Below the pieces are notes generated by a model. That model saw only the letters and a list, made by a program, of their open reading frames with translations, did not search any database and had not been told where the DNA came from. Source: an uncultured delta proteobacterium (lineage in GTDB: Bacteria; Desulfobacterota; Desulfuromonadia; Geobacterales; DSM-12255). From it: a stretch of 64,000 nt of DNA. Below, piece after piece: positions 47,926-57,437 of this stretch. The stretch is taken from contig CAWBBV010000002.1 in NCBI GenBank assembly GCA_963787125.1, positions 86,390-150,389 of the forward strand, written 5' to 3'. Made by a program: the position numbers and the translations under genes. The first letter of the stretch is position 1, and every line of letters begins with the position of its first letter.

Positions 47926-50815
47926 GAAGGAGTGGGCCAAACTGGAGGCACTGCACGGGGAGCGTACCGGTGACCAGATCATTGGCGACCTGTGCAAGTG
48001 GATGGATACCAACGGATCACTGGCAACGCTGCGACACGGTTTCAAATGCTATGGGCGTACCCTTCGGGTGGCGTTTTTTAAAGCGGCCCATGAGCTTAAC
48101 CCGGAACTTGAAGAACGCTACAAAGCCAACCGACTTGGCATCACCAGGCAGCTCCACTTCACCTCCCGTTCTGAAAAGTCCCTTGATGTTACCCTTAGCC
48201 TTAACGGTATTCCAATTGCCACGCTGGAACTGAAAAACCCTCTGATTAATCAGACAATAGACAACGCCAAACATCAGTACCGCCACGACCGTGACCCGCG
48301 CGAAGTGATTTTCGATTTCAAACGAAGAACGCTAGTCCATTTTGCCGTGGATACCGAATCGGTATTCATGACTACACGACTAGCCGGTACAGCAACGTAT
48401 TTCCTCCCTTTTAACCGGGGCTGCGCTGGCGGCGCTGGTAACCCGGCAGATCCAACGGGGCGCACCTATCGTACCGCCTATCTGTGGGAAGAGGTTTTAC
48501 AGCGCGATAGCCTGCTTGATTTGTTGTCCCGATTCATCCACCTGCAAATTGAGGAGAAGCGCACGGAAGATGGGCGCAAGATAAAGAAGGAAACCATGAT
48601 TTTCCCCCGTTACCATCAGCTTCAGGCGGTGCGTAAGCTGGTGGACGCCGCCAAGAACGAAGGGGTAGGGCAAAACTATTTGGTGGAACATTCTGCTGGG
48701 AGCGGTAAAAGCAATACAATCGGTTGGCTGGCCCATCGGCTGTCGTCGCTGCATGATGATCAGAATCAGCGGGTTTACGACTCTGTTATCGTTATTACCG
48801 ACCGGGTGGTACTGGACAAGCAGTTACAGGATACTATCTACCAGTTCGAGCATAAGCGCGGGGTGGTGGAGAAGATCGACGAAAGTTCGCGGCAGCTTGC
48901 TGAGGCACTGGAAAACGCGGTGCCGATTATCATTACCACTCTCCAGAAGTTTCCCTTCGTTTCTCGACAACTGCTCAAGATGGCCGAGGAACGCGGCGAG
49001 AGTGGCACCGGAACTTTAACGACAAGACGCTACGCCGTGATCATTGACGAGGCCCACAGTTCTCAGGGCGGTGAAACCGCTACGGAGCTGAAAGGAGTGC
49101 TTGGAGGTGAAGATCTGCGTCAAGAGGCTGAACGGCAGGCAGCTGAAGAAGGAAATGAGAAACTGGAGGAGCTGTTCCGTAACATGGCCAAGCGTGGCAA
49201 ACAAGCAAATCTGAGCTTCTTTGCCTTTACCGCCACTCCAAAATACAAGACATTTGCTGTCTTCGGGCGTAACGGTGATCCATCCCATCGTTACACCATG
49301 CGCCAAGCCATCGAAGAAGGGTTCATTCTTGATGTGCTGAAGAACTACACTTCCTACGCCACCTACTTCAAGCTGCTAAAGGCTTCCGAGGATGATCCGA
49401 ACGTCGATCGCAAGAAGGCAGCCAAGGCGTTGGCGCGCTTCCTCAAGCTCCACCCCCACAACATTGCCCAGAAAACCGAAGTGATGGTCGAGCATTTCCA
49501 CGCTGTCACCCGCCACAAAATCGGCGGCAGGGCCAAGGCGATGGTGGTGACCGGTTCACGACTGGAGGCGGTTCGCTACAAACAGAGTTTCGACCGCTAC
49601 ATAAAGGATAAGGGGTATCCGATCAAGTCACTAGTGGCCTTCTCTGGCGCAGTGCAGGACGATAAACTGCCTACGGTAAGCTATACTGAAGAGGGAATGA
49701 ACAACGGGGTGAGGGAAAAGGAGTTGCCAGAAAAGTTCGATTCGTCGGAATACCAAGTATTGCTGGTGGCGGAGAAATACCAGACCGGTTTCGACCAACC
49801 ACTGCTGCACACCATGTACGTGGACAAGCGACTTTCTGGTATCCAGGCTGTGCAAACGCTCTCTCGACTCAATCGTACCCACCCTCTCAAGGAAGACACC
49901 TTTGTCCTCGATTTTGTCAACGACCGCGAAGAGATTCAGGAGTCTTTCAAGCAGTACTATGAAGGGGCAGAGATGGGAGCGGACGTTGATCCGTCTCGCA
50001 TGTATACCATAAAGGGAGAACTGGACGCTTCCGGAATATATCTTGCCGAGGAGGTTGACCGGTTCTGTGAAGTCTATTTCAAACCGAAGCAACGCCAAAG
50101 TTTTGCCGATCATCAGACCATGAACGCTGCCCTCGACCCTGCTGTGGATCGTTTCAGAGTTCTCTTGGACAATAACGAGGAGGAGGCAGAGTTGTGGCGT
50201 GGCAAACTGGCATCTTTCCGCAACCTCTATGCCTTCCTCTCCCAGATCATCCCCTATCAGGATTCCGACCTGGAGAAGCTTTACACATACCTGCGCTATC
50301 TATCGCCAAAGCTGCCGAAACGGAAATCCGGTCCCCAATATACCTTCGACGATGAGGTCCGGCTCGAATACTACCGACTTCAGAAGATCAGCGAGGGCTC
50401 CATCAGCCTGAAGGAGGGGCTTGTCCGGCCCCTCGATGGACCGACGGAAGTTGGCTCCGGCACGGTGCGGGAAGATCACACGACCCTTTCTCGTCTCATC
50501 GATTATATTAACGAACGCTTCGGCACTGACTTTAACGACGCCGATCAACTGTTCTTCGATCAGATCATTGAAGCGGCCATGCAGGATGAAACCTTGCGTC
50601 AGTCAGCAGCGGTCAATCCGAAGGATAAGTTCGCCCTGGTATTTGGTAATCTGCTTGAGACCTATTTTATCGAGCGGATGGAGCAGAACGAGGAGATATT
50701 TTCCCGGTTCATGAATGAAGCGGATTTCCAGAGCATGGTGACAAAATGGATTTCTACGCAGGTTTATGAGAAATTTAATAAAGGTAATAATGTCGGGGTA
50801 TCGGATGCGACCTGA
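47915..50815 (+). CDS. hsdR: Type I RM endonuclease HsdR lacking its extreme N-terminus
   Basis: NGIPIATLELKN, HSAGSGKS, DEAH, FTATP, TGFDQP, QTLSRLNR. Confidence 0.88.
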   Translation: MRYPKEWAKLEALHGERTGDQIIGDLCKWMDTNGSLATLRHGFKCYGRTLRVAFFKAAHELNPELEERYKANRLGITRQLHFTSRSEKSLDVTLSLNGIPIATLELKNPLINQTIDNAKHQYRHDRDPREVIFDFKRRTLVHFAVDTESVFMTTRLAGTATYFLPFNRGCAGGAGNPADPTGRTYRTAYLWEEVLQRDSLLDLLSRFIHLQIEEKRTEDGRKIKKETMIFPRYHQLQAVRKLVDAAKNEGVGQNYLVEHSAGSGKSNTIGWLAHRLSSLHDDQNQRVYDSVIVITDRVVLDKQLQDTIYQFEHKRGVVEKIDESSRQLAEALENAVPIIITTLQKFPFVSRQLLKMAEERGESGTGTLTTRRYAVIIDEAHSSQGGETATELKGVLGGEDLRQEAERQAAEEGNEKLEELFRNMAKRGKQANLSFFAFTATPKYKTFAVFGRNGDPSHRYTMRQAIEEGFILDVLKNYTSYATYFKLLKASEDDPNVDRKKAAKALARFLKLHPHNIAQKTEVMVEHFHAVTRHKIGGRAKAMVVTGSRLEAVRYKQSFDRYIKDKGYPIKSLVAFSGAVQDDKLPTVSYTEEGMNNGVREKELPEKFDSSEYQVLLVAEKYQTGFDQPLLHTMYVDKRLSGIQAVQTLSRLNRTHPLKEDTFVLDFVNDREEIQESFKQYYEGAEMGADVDPSRMYTIKGELDASGIYLAEEVDRFCEVYFKPKQRQSFADHQTMNAALDPAVDRFRVLLDNNEEEAELWRGKLASFRNLYAFLSQIIPYQDSDLEKLYTYLRYLSPKLPKRKSGPQYTFDDEVRLEYYRLQKISEGSISLKEGLVRPLDGPTEVGSGTVREDHTTLSRLIDYINERFGTDFNDADQLFFDQIIEAAMQDETLRQSAAVNPKDKFALVFGNLLETYFIERMEQNEEIFSRFMNEADFQSMVTKWISTQVYEKFNKGNNVGVSDAT

Positions 50816-51485
50816 AGACAAAGACAAATATTTGCTGTTGATGTTTGGCGTTACCAACCCAAAACTGTTTTTGGTAAGAAACGCTTTAAAGACTGCGCTA
50901 GATATCAGGAAATTCGAAATTGAAATGTATTGGAAACGAGCTACATATTTTTGGGCATTCATTGCGGCAATCTTTGCCGGTTTTTTTTGGGTGGTACAAC
51001 AGCGACCATTAACAGAGCATCTTGGAAATATTGGCTTTTGTTTTGCTTCCATGGGTGCTGTGGCTTCATGGTGTTGGTTACTTGTTCTGAGAGGTAGTAA
51101 ATTTTGGCAGGAAAACTGGGAGAAGCATGTAGATTATCTTGAAGATGAAGTGCATGGACAACTTTATAAGACAATTCTATCAGGCAAAGGCATTGACGAG
51201 TACTCCCCACTCCATTCTTATCCGTATTCAGTGAGTAGAGTGAACACACTACTATCGTTCTATATTTTTATCTTTTGGATCGGTGCTTTCATATATTTAG
51301 CATGGCTGTCAGGTGAAACTTCTTCGTCATCGATACTTGTCAGAATTATATTGGTAATTATTTCGTCAGGGTTCATCGGGTCAAGTTTAATCTTCTGTAA
51401 GACCAACTTTTGGGCCGAAATATTTGATCATAGCGATGATGTTTTTGTTCGGAGAAATAAATCAAAAGAGGATGAAGGAAATTAG
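50766..51485 (+). CDS. Small multi-TM membrane protein, candidate defence effector (RipA/8xMP-like)
   Basis: LDIRKFEIEMYWKRATYFW...GSKFWQENWE; about 4 TM helices; AT-rich; start may be 50805. Confidence 0.55.
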   Translation: MRNLIKVIMSGYRMRPEDKDKYLLLMFGVTNPKLFLVRNALKTALDIRKFEIEMYWKRATYFWAFIAAIFAGFFWVVQQRPLTEHLGNIGFCFASMGAVASWCWLLVLRGSKFWQENWEKHVDYLEDEVHGQLYKTILSGKGIDEYSPLHSYPYSVSRVNTLLSFYIFIFWIGAFIYLAWLSGETSSSSILVRIILVIISSGFIGSSLIFCKTNFWAEIFDHSDDVFVRRNKSKEDEGN

Positions 51486-51638
51486 GCCGTATCATAACTA
51501 AAGCTACAGTTCCCACAAAACGTCCATACCTTACCGAATTTAACGAATACTTACATCGTAGAATGGTACTCATAAACGGTTGTGCTAAATAGGCAGACGA
51601 GCTTAAAACATTGCTTTTAATGAATGAAGGAGAAAACA

Positions 51639-53021
51639 ATGCCAATTCTTAATGATACCCAACGGCAGCGAGCCGCGGAAGTTATGAAAGAATATCTGAA
51701 TGCACCTGTTTCGAGGGAAGGGAAAACTCCTTTAGAAGATGATTTTGAATTGGACGCAAATCGTGTGGCTGTTATTCAAGCTCAGTTACAACCACTGCTG
51801 TCCAATTTTCTTAATGGTCAAATATCGGTTCAGGATTTCAAGTCCAGCGTAGATAGCATCAATAAGAAAAACGAACTATGGGGTTTCAAAGGAATCAAAG
51901 GCCAGATGTTCTTCAATATGGTTGTCAATGTTGCTGATGATGCTGATGAGTGTAAGCAGGAACTGATTAGTGCCTTATCTGTGCCGGATAATGAAGTGCT
52001 TGCTTCAAGCAGGATTAAAACATTTGCCAGTTATGTCAAGCGATTGGGTGAAGTATGGGTTAATGCTGGCAACACTAAATACGGTACCCCAAAGATTGGG
52101 AGTATTCCCTTTTTCCTATCATATTTTTGGCAAATCCAGAAAAGAGAAACGTGGCCAGCATTTTACACCACAAGCGTCCAAGCGATGACCGACCTCAATA
52201 TTTGGCAGCCTTCGGATGACATCGCGACAGATTATGTGACTTTCAAGCAGATTCATGAAGAACTAGCAGTTCTGTTTTCTGCGACTAGCGGTACTTCCTT
52301 TGATCTTTATCAGGTCGAACATGTTTTCTGGTATAAGGGGAACCTCGAAAAATCAGTCAGTCTTCAGCCTGCAACACCAACTGTGACAATTACTGGGAAT
52401 GTGCAAGTCATACCTGTCAACAGTATCGATAAGCTACCAGACAGTTATCTCCCCCCTATCATTTCAATTCTTCCTGCCATCGCCAGAAATGAGCCAGCTT
52501 TGGTCGATGCAGCCACTCGTTCAGGGACTTCACTCCCAAGGGCATTTGAAAAATATGTTGATGCCGCTTTTACGCTCTTAGGGTATGAAACTAAACTGCT
52601 CGGACAAGGAAACGGAAGAGTGCCCGATGGAATTGCTCTTGCGGAGGATTTCAACTACGCAATTCTCTGGGATGCCAAGATTAGAGGTAATGGGTACAGC
52701 TTAGGGACTGACGACCGAGCAATCCGCGAATACATCACTTCACAAAGTAGAGATATGAAGCGGAAAAGAGCTTTTAAAAACATCTACTATGTCATTATCT
52801 CCAGCACGTTTGCTGATGATCACGACGATCTTGTTAGATCAATGAAAATGGAAACAGATGTAAACGAAGTGATCTTTCTCGAAGCAGAAGCTCTGGTAGA
52901 GATGGTTAATGCAAAACTTCGATCTCCATTGCAAATCACTATTGGGCCGGATGCTCTGCAAAGGCTCTTCAGCAGTAGTGGTGTTCTGAAACAGAGCAAC
53001 GTTCAAGAAATGCTTGGCTAA
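51639..53021 (+). CDS. Protein with C-terminal FokI-like PD-(D/E)xK nuclease domain
   Basis: FE...LGY...LG..GRVPDG...YAILWDAK..GY resembles FokI KPDG...YGVIVDTKAYSGGY. Confidence 0.7.
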   Translation: MPILNDTQRQRAAEVMKEYLNAPVSREGKTPLEDDFELDANRVAVIQAQLQPLLSNFLNGQISVQDFKSSVDSINKKNELWGFKGIKGQMFFNMVVNVADDADECKQELISALSVPDNEVLASSRIKTFASYVKRLGEVWVNAGNTKYGTPKIGSIPFFLSYFWQIQKRETWPAFYTTSVQAMTDLNIWQPSDDIATDYVTFKQIHEELAVLFSATSGTSFDLYQVEHVFWYKGNLEKSVSLQPATPTVTITGNVQVIPVNSIDKLPDSYLPPIISILPAIARNEPALVDAATRSGTSLPRAFEKYVDAAFTLLGYETKLLGQGNGRVPDGIALAEDFNYAILWDAKIRGNGYSLGTDDRAIREYITSQSRDMKRKRAFKNIYYVIISSTFADDHDDLVRSMKMETDVNEVIFLEAEALVEMVNAKLRSPLQITIGPDALQRLFSSSGVLKQSNVQEMLG

Positions 53022-53029
53022 ATTCTGTA

Positions 53030-53146
53030 ATGACCTCACTCACAACCGCGATAAAACTCTTCGCCTCCCTCAACCGCGCCCCCGGCGCGACCTGGAGCGA
53101 CGCCACCAAGCGCAAGGCCCCGCACAAGCCGCTCCTGCTGCTGGCG
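53030..53146 (+). pseudogene. SBD-HNH (phosphorothioate-dependent nuclease type) N-terminal remnant
   Basis: MTSLTTAIKLFASLNRA...KRKAPHKPLLLLA then breaks. Confidence 0.6.
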
Positions 53147-53201
53147 GAAGGAAATAACAGTGTCGCATCTACACTTTGACAATATAAGCTCTTGGTCCGA
53201 A

Positions 53202-53273
53202 ACAGACCGCCTTGTCTATGGCCTCTACGTCCTTACTGATGAGGAGATTAATTTAGTGGAGGGGTCGCGATGA
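53202..53273 (+). pseudogene. Type IIG RM enzyme C-terminal remnant
   Basis: TDRLVYGLYVLTDEEINLVEG*. Confidence 0.55.
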
Positions 53274-53565
53274 AGGAACTCTTTACCGCAACAGAACTGA
53301 AGCGTCTAATCAGCAAGGGCGAAGGGCAGTTTATCGAGTTCAAGTCTCTCTGGGACCTGAAAGATGGCGGCAAGAAAGCCATTGACCGCCGGACGGTCAG
53401 AAACTTGATAGCCGAGTATGTGGCCGCGTTTGCCAATGCCGATGGCGGCACCCTGTTGCTTCGTTGCAACCCGTGAGCTGAAACGCATGGTGGATGATGG
53501 GTATCTCATTCTTTCAGGCTCAGGTCGAGGAGCTCACTACCTTCCAGGTCCTTCGCTTGCGAGAT
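53270..53565 (+). pseudogene. AlbA_2/Schlafen-wHTH protein with internal deletion
   Basis: GEGQFIEFKS...AAFANADGGTLLL joined to ATRELKRMVDDGYLILSGSGRGAHY. Confidence 0.7.
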
Positions 53566-54088
53566 TTCTGCAGAAATGAGCGAAATGAGCGCGAAATGAG
53601 CGCTCCATTTATTACAATGCCGTTCTGCACCGAGACTACACGCGGCTTGATGAGTGTATATGCGGTTAAACAGGAACACTCGAAGAAAAAGCTGAGGAAG
53701 GAATACGCTGCGGCCATCAAATAGCTGAAGCCGCCCTTTGGGGGACGGCCTCGTTACTCCTTCTACACCTGGTAGATGAGCTGTATTCAGTATACATTTT
53801 GGCCATATGTTGTCAAATCGATTATTTCAGAGATCGAAACGGCCGAAACAACGCATGTCATGATCGGAAACGCAATACGAGTTTTAGTCGAACTTTCCGA
53901 TGCGTTAGACAATCAACAGAAGAAAAACAAAGTCAGAAATATCATCTATGCAATGGCGAATCGCGACAAAACCATTGAAAATAAAAGCAGTTCTGTAAAG
54001 TCAATGTGGACCTTGGCTAGTAAAACCTTTTAGTAAAGTTTAGTCATGTTTAGTAAAACCGGACAGTAATATGAGCCACCCCGAACCG

Positions 54089-54132
54089 ACCCATTAACTC
54101 CGCACTTTTTCAATAATGCGGAGTTAATGGGT
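54089..54132. repeat. Perfect 16-bp inverted repeat hairpin
   Basis: ACCCATTAACTCCGCA-12 nt-TGCGGAGTTAATGGGT. Confidence 0.85.
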
Positions 54133-54171
54133 TCAATTCTGACCCCATAAAAAAGTTGGCCTCTATGTTGT

Positions 54172-54522
54172 CTACCACCAGTAATACCAACGCCAGTACC
54201 CCCATGGAGCATAACAGGGACGGTAATTCGTGCTGGTGAAGGCGTAGTTGATCAGCGCCCGGAACTGTTTCCCCTTCACATAGCCATGATAGAGCCGCAC
54301 TTGCACCCGGTCCATCAGAATGTACGGGAGCGAGATGCAGGCGATACCGATTGCCCAGTACCAGAATGTCGCCAAGAAACAGAGGCCGACCAGCAGGCCG
54401 GCAACCGCGCTGGTGAGCAGGGTAACGAATATGGCGACCGCCACTGCCGGGAGCTTAGCCCGTTTTGGTTGTGTCTCACTTAACCATTGTTGGGCGTCAT
54501 AGTATTTGATGGTGTTTGACAT
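54172..54522 (-). CDS. Hypothetical membrane protein
   Basis: GGAGG RBS; hydrophobic segments. Confidence 0.5.
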   Translation of the reverse strand: MSNTIKYYDAQQWLSETQPKRAKLPAVAVAIFVTLLTSAVAGLLVGLCFLATFWYWAIGIACISLPYILMDRVQVRLYHGYVKGKQFRALINYAFTSTNYRPCYAPWGYWRWYYWW

Positions 54523-54740
54523 ATGAACCTCCCCGGATCTTGTCTGGTGTCAGCAGGTTAATCACACTCTGTCGGTCTGCGACTTGGTAAATGACTGAAT
54601 TGTGCTTGCCCAACAAGCCGTCTTTATGGTAAACAAAGTATTCCATTAAATGGCCACTTGATTTTTTTTGTGGTATTTTTTGTGGTAGCAACATTCAGGC
54701 GGCCTACCGGTTCTTTTTTATATCAGTAGGTTGAGTCATC

Positions 54741-54763
54741 AGTTCGATGGACTCTCTCGCCAT
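54741..54763 (+). repeat. att-like degenerate copy of tRNA-Ser 3' end
   Basis: AGTTCGATGGACTCTCTCGCCAT vs tRNA TTCGAATCCCTCTCTCTCCGCCAT; followed by a hairpin terminator at ~54796-54822. Confidence 0.7.
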
Positions 54764-54936
54764 AATTGAATCCGACAACATCCTATGTTGCACATAAGCC
54801 CGCTAGAAATAGCGGGTTTTTTGTTTTCATAGTCCACAGAGGTGTTATACTATCTATCAAAAGCCGGGGATAACTGGGGGTAACTCAGGGGGTAACTTTT
54901 AACCATCAAAACAGTTACCCCCAAAAGGAGGCAAAA

Positions 54937-55098
54937 ATGGCACTAACAGACTTACAAGTACGGACAGCAAAGCCCAAGGAGAAGGCCTATAAAATGGCGG
55001 ACGCTGGAGGGCTTTTTCTTTTAGTAGCAACACTGGCGGTAAGTGGTGGCGACTTAAGTATCGAATCGGGGGCAAGGAAAAACTCATCTCTTTGAGTA
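54937..55098 (+). pseudogene. P4-like integrase N-terminal remnant
   Basis: MALTDLQVRTAKPKEKAYKMADAGGLFLLV, frameshift, GGKWWRLKYRIGGKEKLISL. Confidence 0.85.
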
Positions 55099-55139
55099 CT
55101 CCCCTTGCATGATGTGTTGCCTTGAGACAGGAGAAGCAA

Positions 55140-55376
55140 ATGAAGAAACTGAACGAAAAAACTATGAGTTACCTGGAAAACCGCATTCCGGAACTGGCGG
55201 AAGGCGCTGTCAAAAAAGCCTACTGTAGAACGCTCGCTTCCGGAAACAGGGTTGTGGAAGCGGTCAATGGCCAGCTCGTAGAGTCCCGGCCCGACGGTAC
55301 ACGCAAAGTGATCAAATCACTTCCGAAGCCAATATCTGTTCTACCGGAACAACGCAAGGTGCGCAGACAGCGATGA
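55140..55376 (+). CDS. Small protein, putative partner/antitoxin of zeta-like ATPase
   Basis: ATGA overlap with downstream gene. Confidence 0.55.
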   Translation: MKKLNEKTMSYLENRIPELAEGAVKKAYCRTLASGNRVVEAVNGQLVESRPDGTRKVIKSLPKPISVLPEQRKVRRQR

Positions 55377-56128
55377 GCAAAGCGACCCCTCGATTGCGCA
55401 TGTTTGCCGGACCAAACGGTTCAGGAAAGAGCACCATCAAGGAGGTTCTTGAACCTGAATTGCTCGGTGTTTACATAAATCCTGATGAAATAGAAAAAAG
55501 TATCCGTACGTCTGGCTTCCTCGATTTTTCGGCCTTTGGTGTGGAGACTGCCGCGGAAGAAGTTCTCCCTTTTTTTCGCGTATCGTCCTTCCTGAGTAAA
55601 GAAGGATTTGCAGAAGGTGCATCATTATTGCGTTTCATTGATGGCAAACTTGTTTTTGACAATATCGCGGTAAATGCCTATTTCGCTTCAGCGATTGCCG
55701 ATTTTATCAGACAAAAACTGCTCGATGCCGGAGTGACATTTACCTTTGAAACAGTGATGTCGTCATACGACAAGGTTGAATTGCTGAAAAAGGCGCAGGA
55801 GCGAGGATATCGGACGTACCTTTATTATGTTGCCACCGAAGACCCCGCCATCAATGTCTCGCGTGTAGAAAACCGGGTGAAGGCCGGAGGCCACCCGGTC
55901 CCCCCGGACAAAATAGTATCACGCTACCATCGTTCTCTTTCCTATTTGGCTGATGCCGTACAATATTCCAATCGTGCATACATCTTTGACAACTCCTCCC
56001 ATGGAAAGGTATGGGTTGCTGAAATAACCGATGGAGATGAGCTGGAGATCAAGACAGATACGATGCCTTTTTGGTTCAAAACGGCTCTCTGGGATAAATT
56101 CGTTCCCGGTAATGAGAGCGCGCCATGA
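55373..56128 (+). CDS. Zeta-toxin-like P-loop kinase/ATPase
   Basis: [32 protein letters not shown]. Confidence 0.8.
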   Translation: MSKATPRLRMFAGPNGSGKSTIKEVLEPELLGVYINPDEIEKSIRTSGFLDFSAFGVETAAEEVLPFFRVSSFLSKEGFAEGASLLRFIDGKLVFDNIAVNAYFASAIADFIRQKLLDAGVTFTFETVMSSYDKVELLKKAQERGYRTYLYYVATEDPAINVSRVENRVKAGGHPVPPDKIVSRYHRSLSYLADAVQYSNRAYIFDNSSHGKVWVAEITDGDELEIKTDTMPFWFKTALWDKFVPGNESAP

Positions 56129-57437
56129 CCACCTTCGGCCAAATAGAAAAGAAAACCCAGCAGCGGGTCGTAAAGCTGTTCCGCAAACATTTAGGCTACG
56201 ACTATCTTGGCGACTGGAGCGACCGCGAAAACAATCGCAATATCGAGCCTGAACTGCTGCGGGCCTTCCTCAAGAAACAGGGCCACGATGAATCCCTCAT
56301 CAGCCGCACCCACCATCTGCTCGACAAAACCGCCGGAGACCAGAGCAAGAAGCTCTACGACCGCAACAGAGCGGTTTACGAAATGCTGCGCTACGGCGTT
56401 ACAAGGACCTGTTCCGGAGTCTGGAAGGGGCGGTGCATGACTACACCTCCGGTGCGCTGGACGGCTACGACAAAGAGGATGTGGCCGGACTGCTGGAAGA
56501 CCGCTTAGCCAAGGCCAAGATCGATCTGGAAGAGGCGCGGGAAGCAATCAAGGCCCTCTGCGAGCCTGTGGAGCCGCCCAAGGGTACGCTGGACTATCTG
56601 CGCTTCTTCTGTGCGGTTGAATCTGGCAATGCCGAACAGCTGAAAGAGAACGAGTCGAAGCGACTGGCACTCTACAAGATGACTGCTGCTCTGCTGCGTT
56701 CATTTGCCAATATTGCCAGCGAACTGGCAGACGCCGGTTACAGCCCGGCAGAGATTGAGACTATCAGGAGCGAGGCTGACCACTTTGACAAGGTGCGCAA
56801 TGAGGTGAAGCTGGCCAGCGGTGACTATATCGACTTAAAAATGTATGAGCCTACCATGCGCCACTTGATTGATACCTATATCCGGGCCGAGGAGAGCGAA
56901 AAGATTTCCGCCTTTGACGACCTCTCTCTGGTCAAACTGATTGTCGAGCGTGGCGAGGGGGCTATCAACAACCTGCCGAAGGGGATTCGCAACAATCAGC
57001 GGGCCACTGCAGAGACCATCGAGAACAACGTCCGCAAGCTGATTATTGATGAACACCCTATCAATCCCAAGTATTATGACGAGATGTCGGCACTACTGCA
57101 GGCGCTGATCGAGCAGCGGCGACAGGAGTCCATCAGTTATCAGGAGTATCTGAACCGGATTGTTGCGCTTACCAGAAAGGTGAAAGATCCGTGGCGCGGC
57201 AGCTACCCTCAGCCTATTAACACAAAGGCACTGCAGGCTCTCTATGACAATCTGGATAAGGACGCAGCGTTGGCCGCGGCAGTGAACACCGCGGTGAAAG
57301 AGAGCATGCAGGACGGCTGGCGTGATAACTCCATCAAAGTGAAGAAGGTTAAAATTGCCATCAGAGCGGCGCTGGGACAAGACGAAACCTGTGCTGACAA
57401 GATTCTTGAGTTGGTGAAAAAACAGCATGACTACTAA
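56125..57437 (+). pseudogene. hsdR: HsdR with the central motor region deleted
   Basis: N-terminal [21 protein letters not shown] joined near 56400 to C-terminal [15 protein letters not shown]... Confidence 0.8.

Larger units (their letters stand above)
32632..54763. mobile_element. tRNA-Ser-integrated genomic island 1 (P4-type integrase)
   Basis: Integrase next to the tRNA; degenerate tRNA 3' copy at 54741-54763; TACCAYAAAA repeats at both ends. Confidence 0.8.

Noticed and set aside
47926..48233. Full-length 404-aa HsdS as in the ORF track
   Set aside because: The last ~100 aa are out-of-frame hsdR sequence and lack the HsdS C-terminal conserved region
53574..53605. AAATGAGCG short tandem repeats as CRISPR or iterons
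   Set aside because: Only three short adjacent copies, no spacers or cas genes; no CRISPR array seen in the window
53776..54033. 85-aa ORF as a functional gene
   Set aside because: No recognisable motif or clear RBS; probably another gene remnant
32632..54763. Prophage
   Set aside because: No structural, packaging or lysis genes
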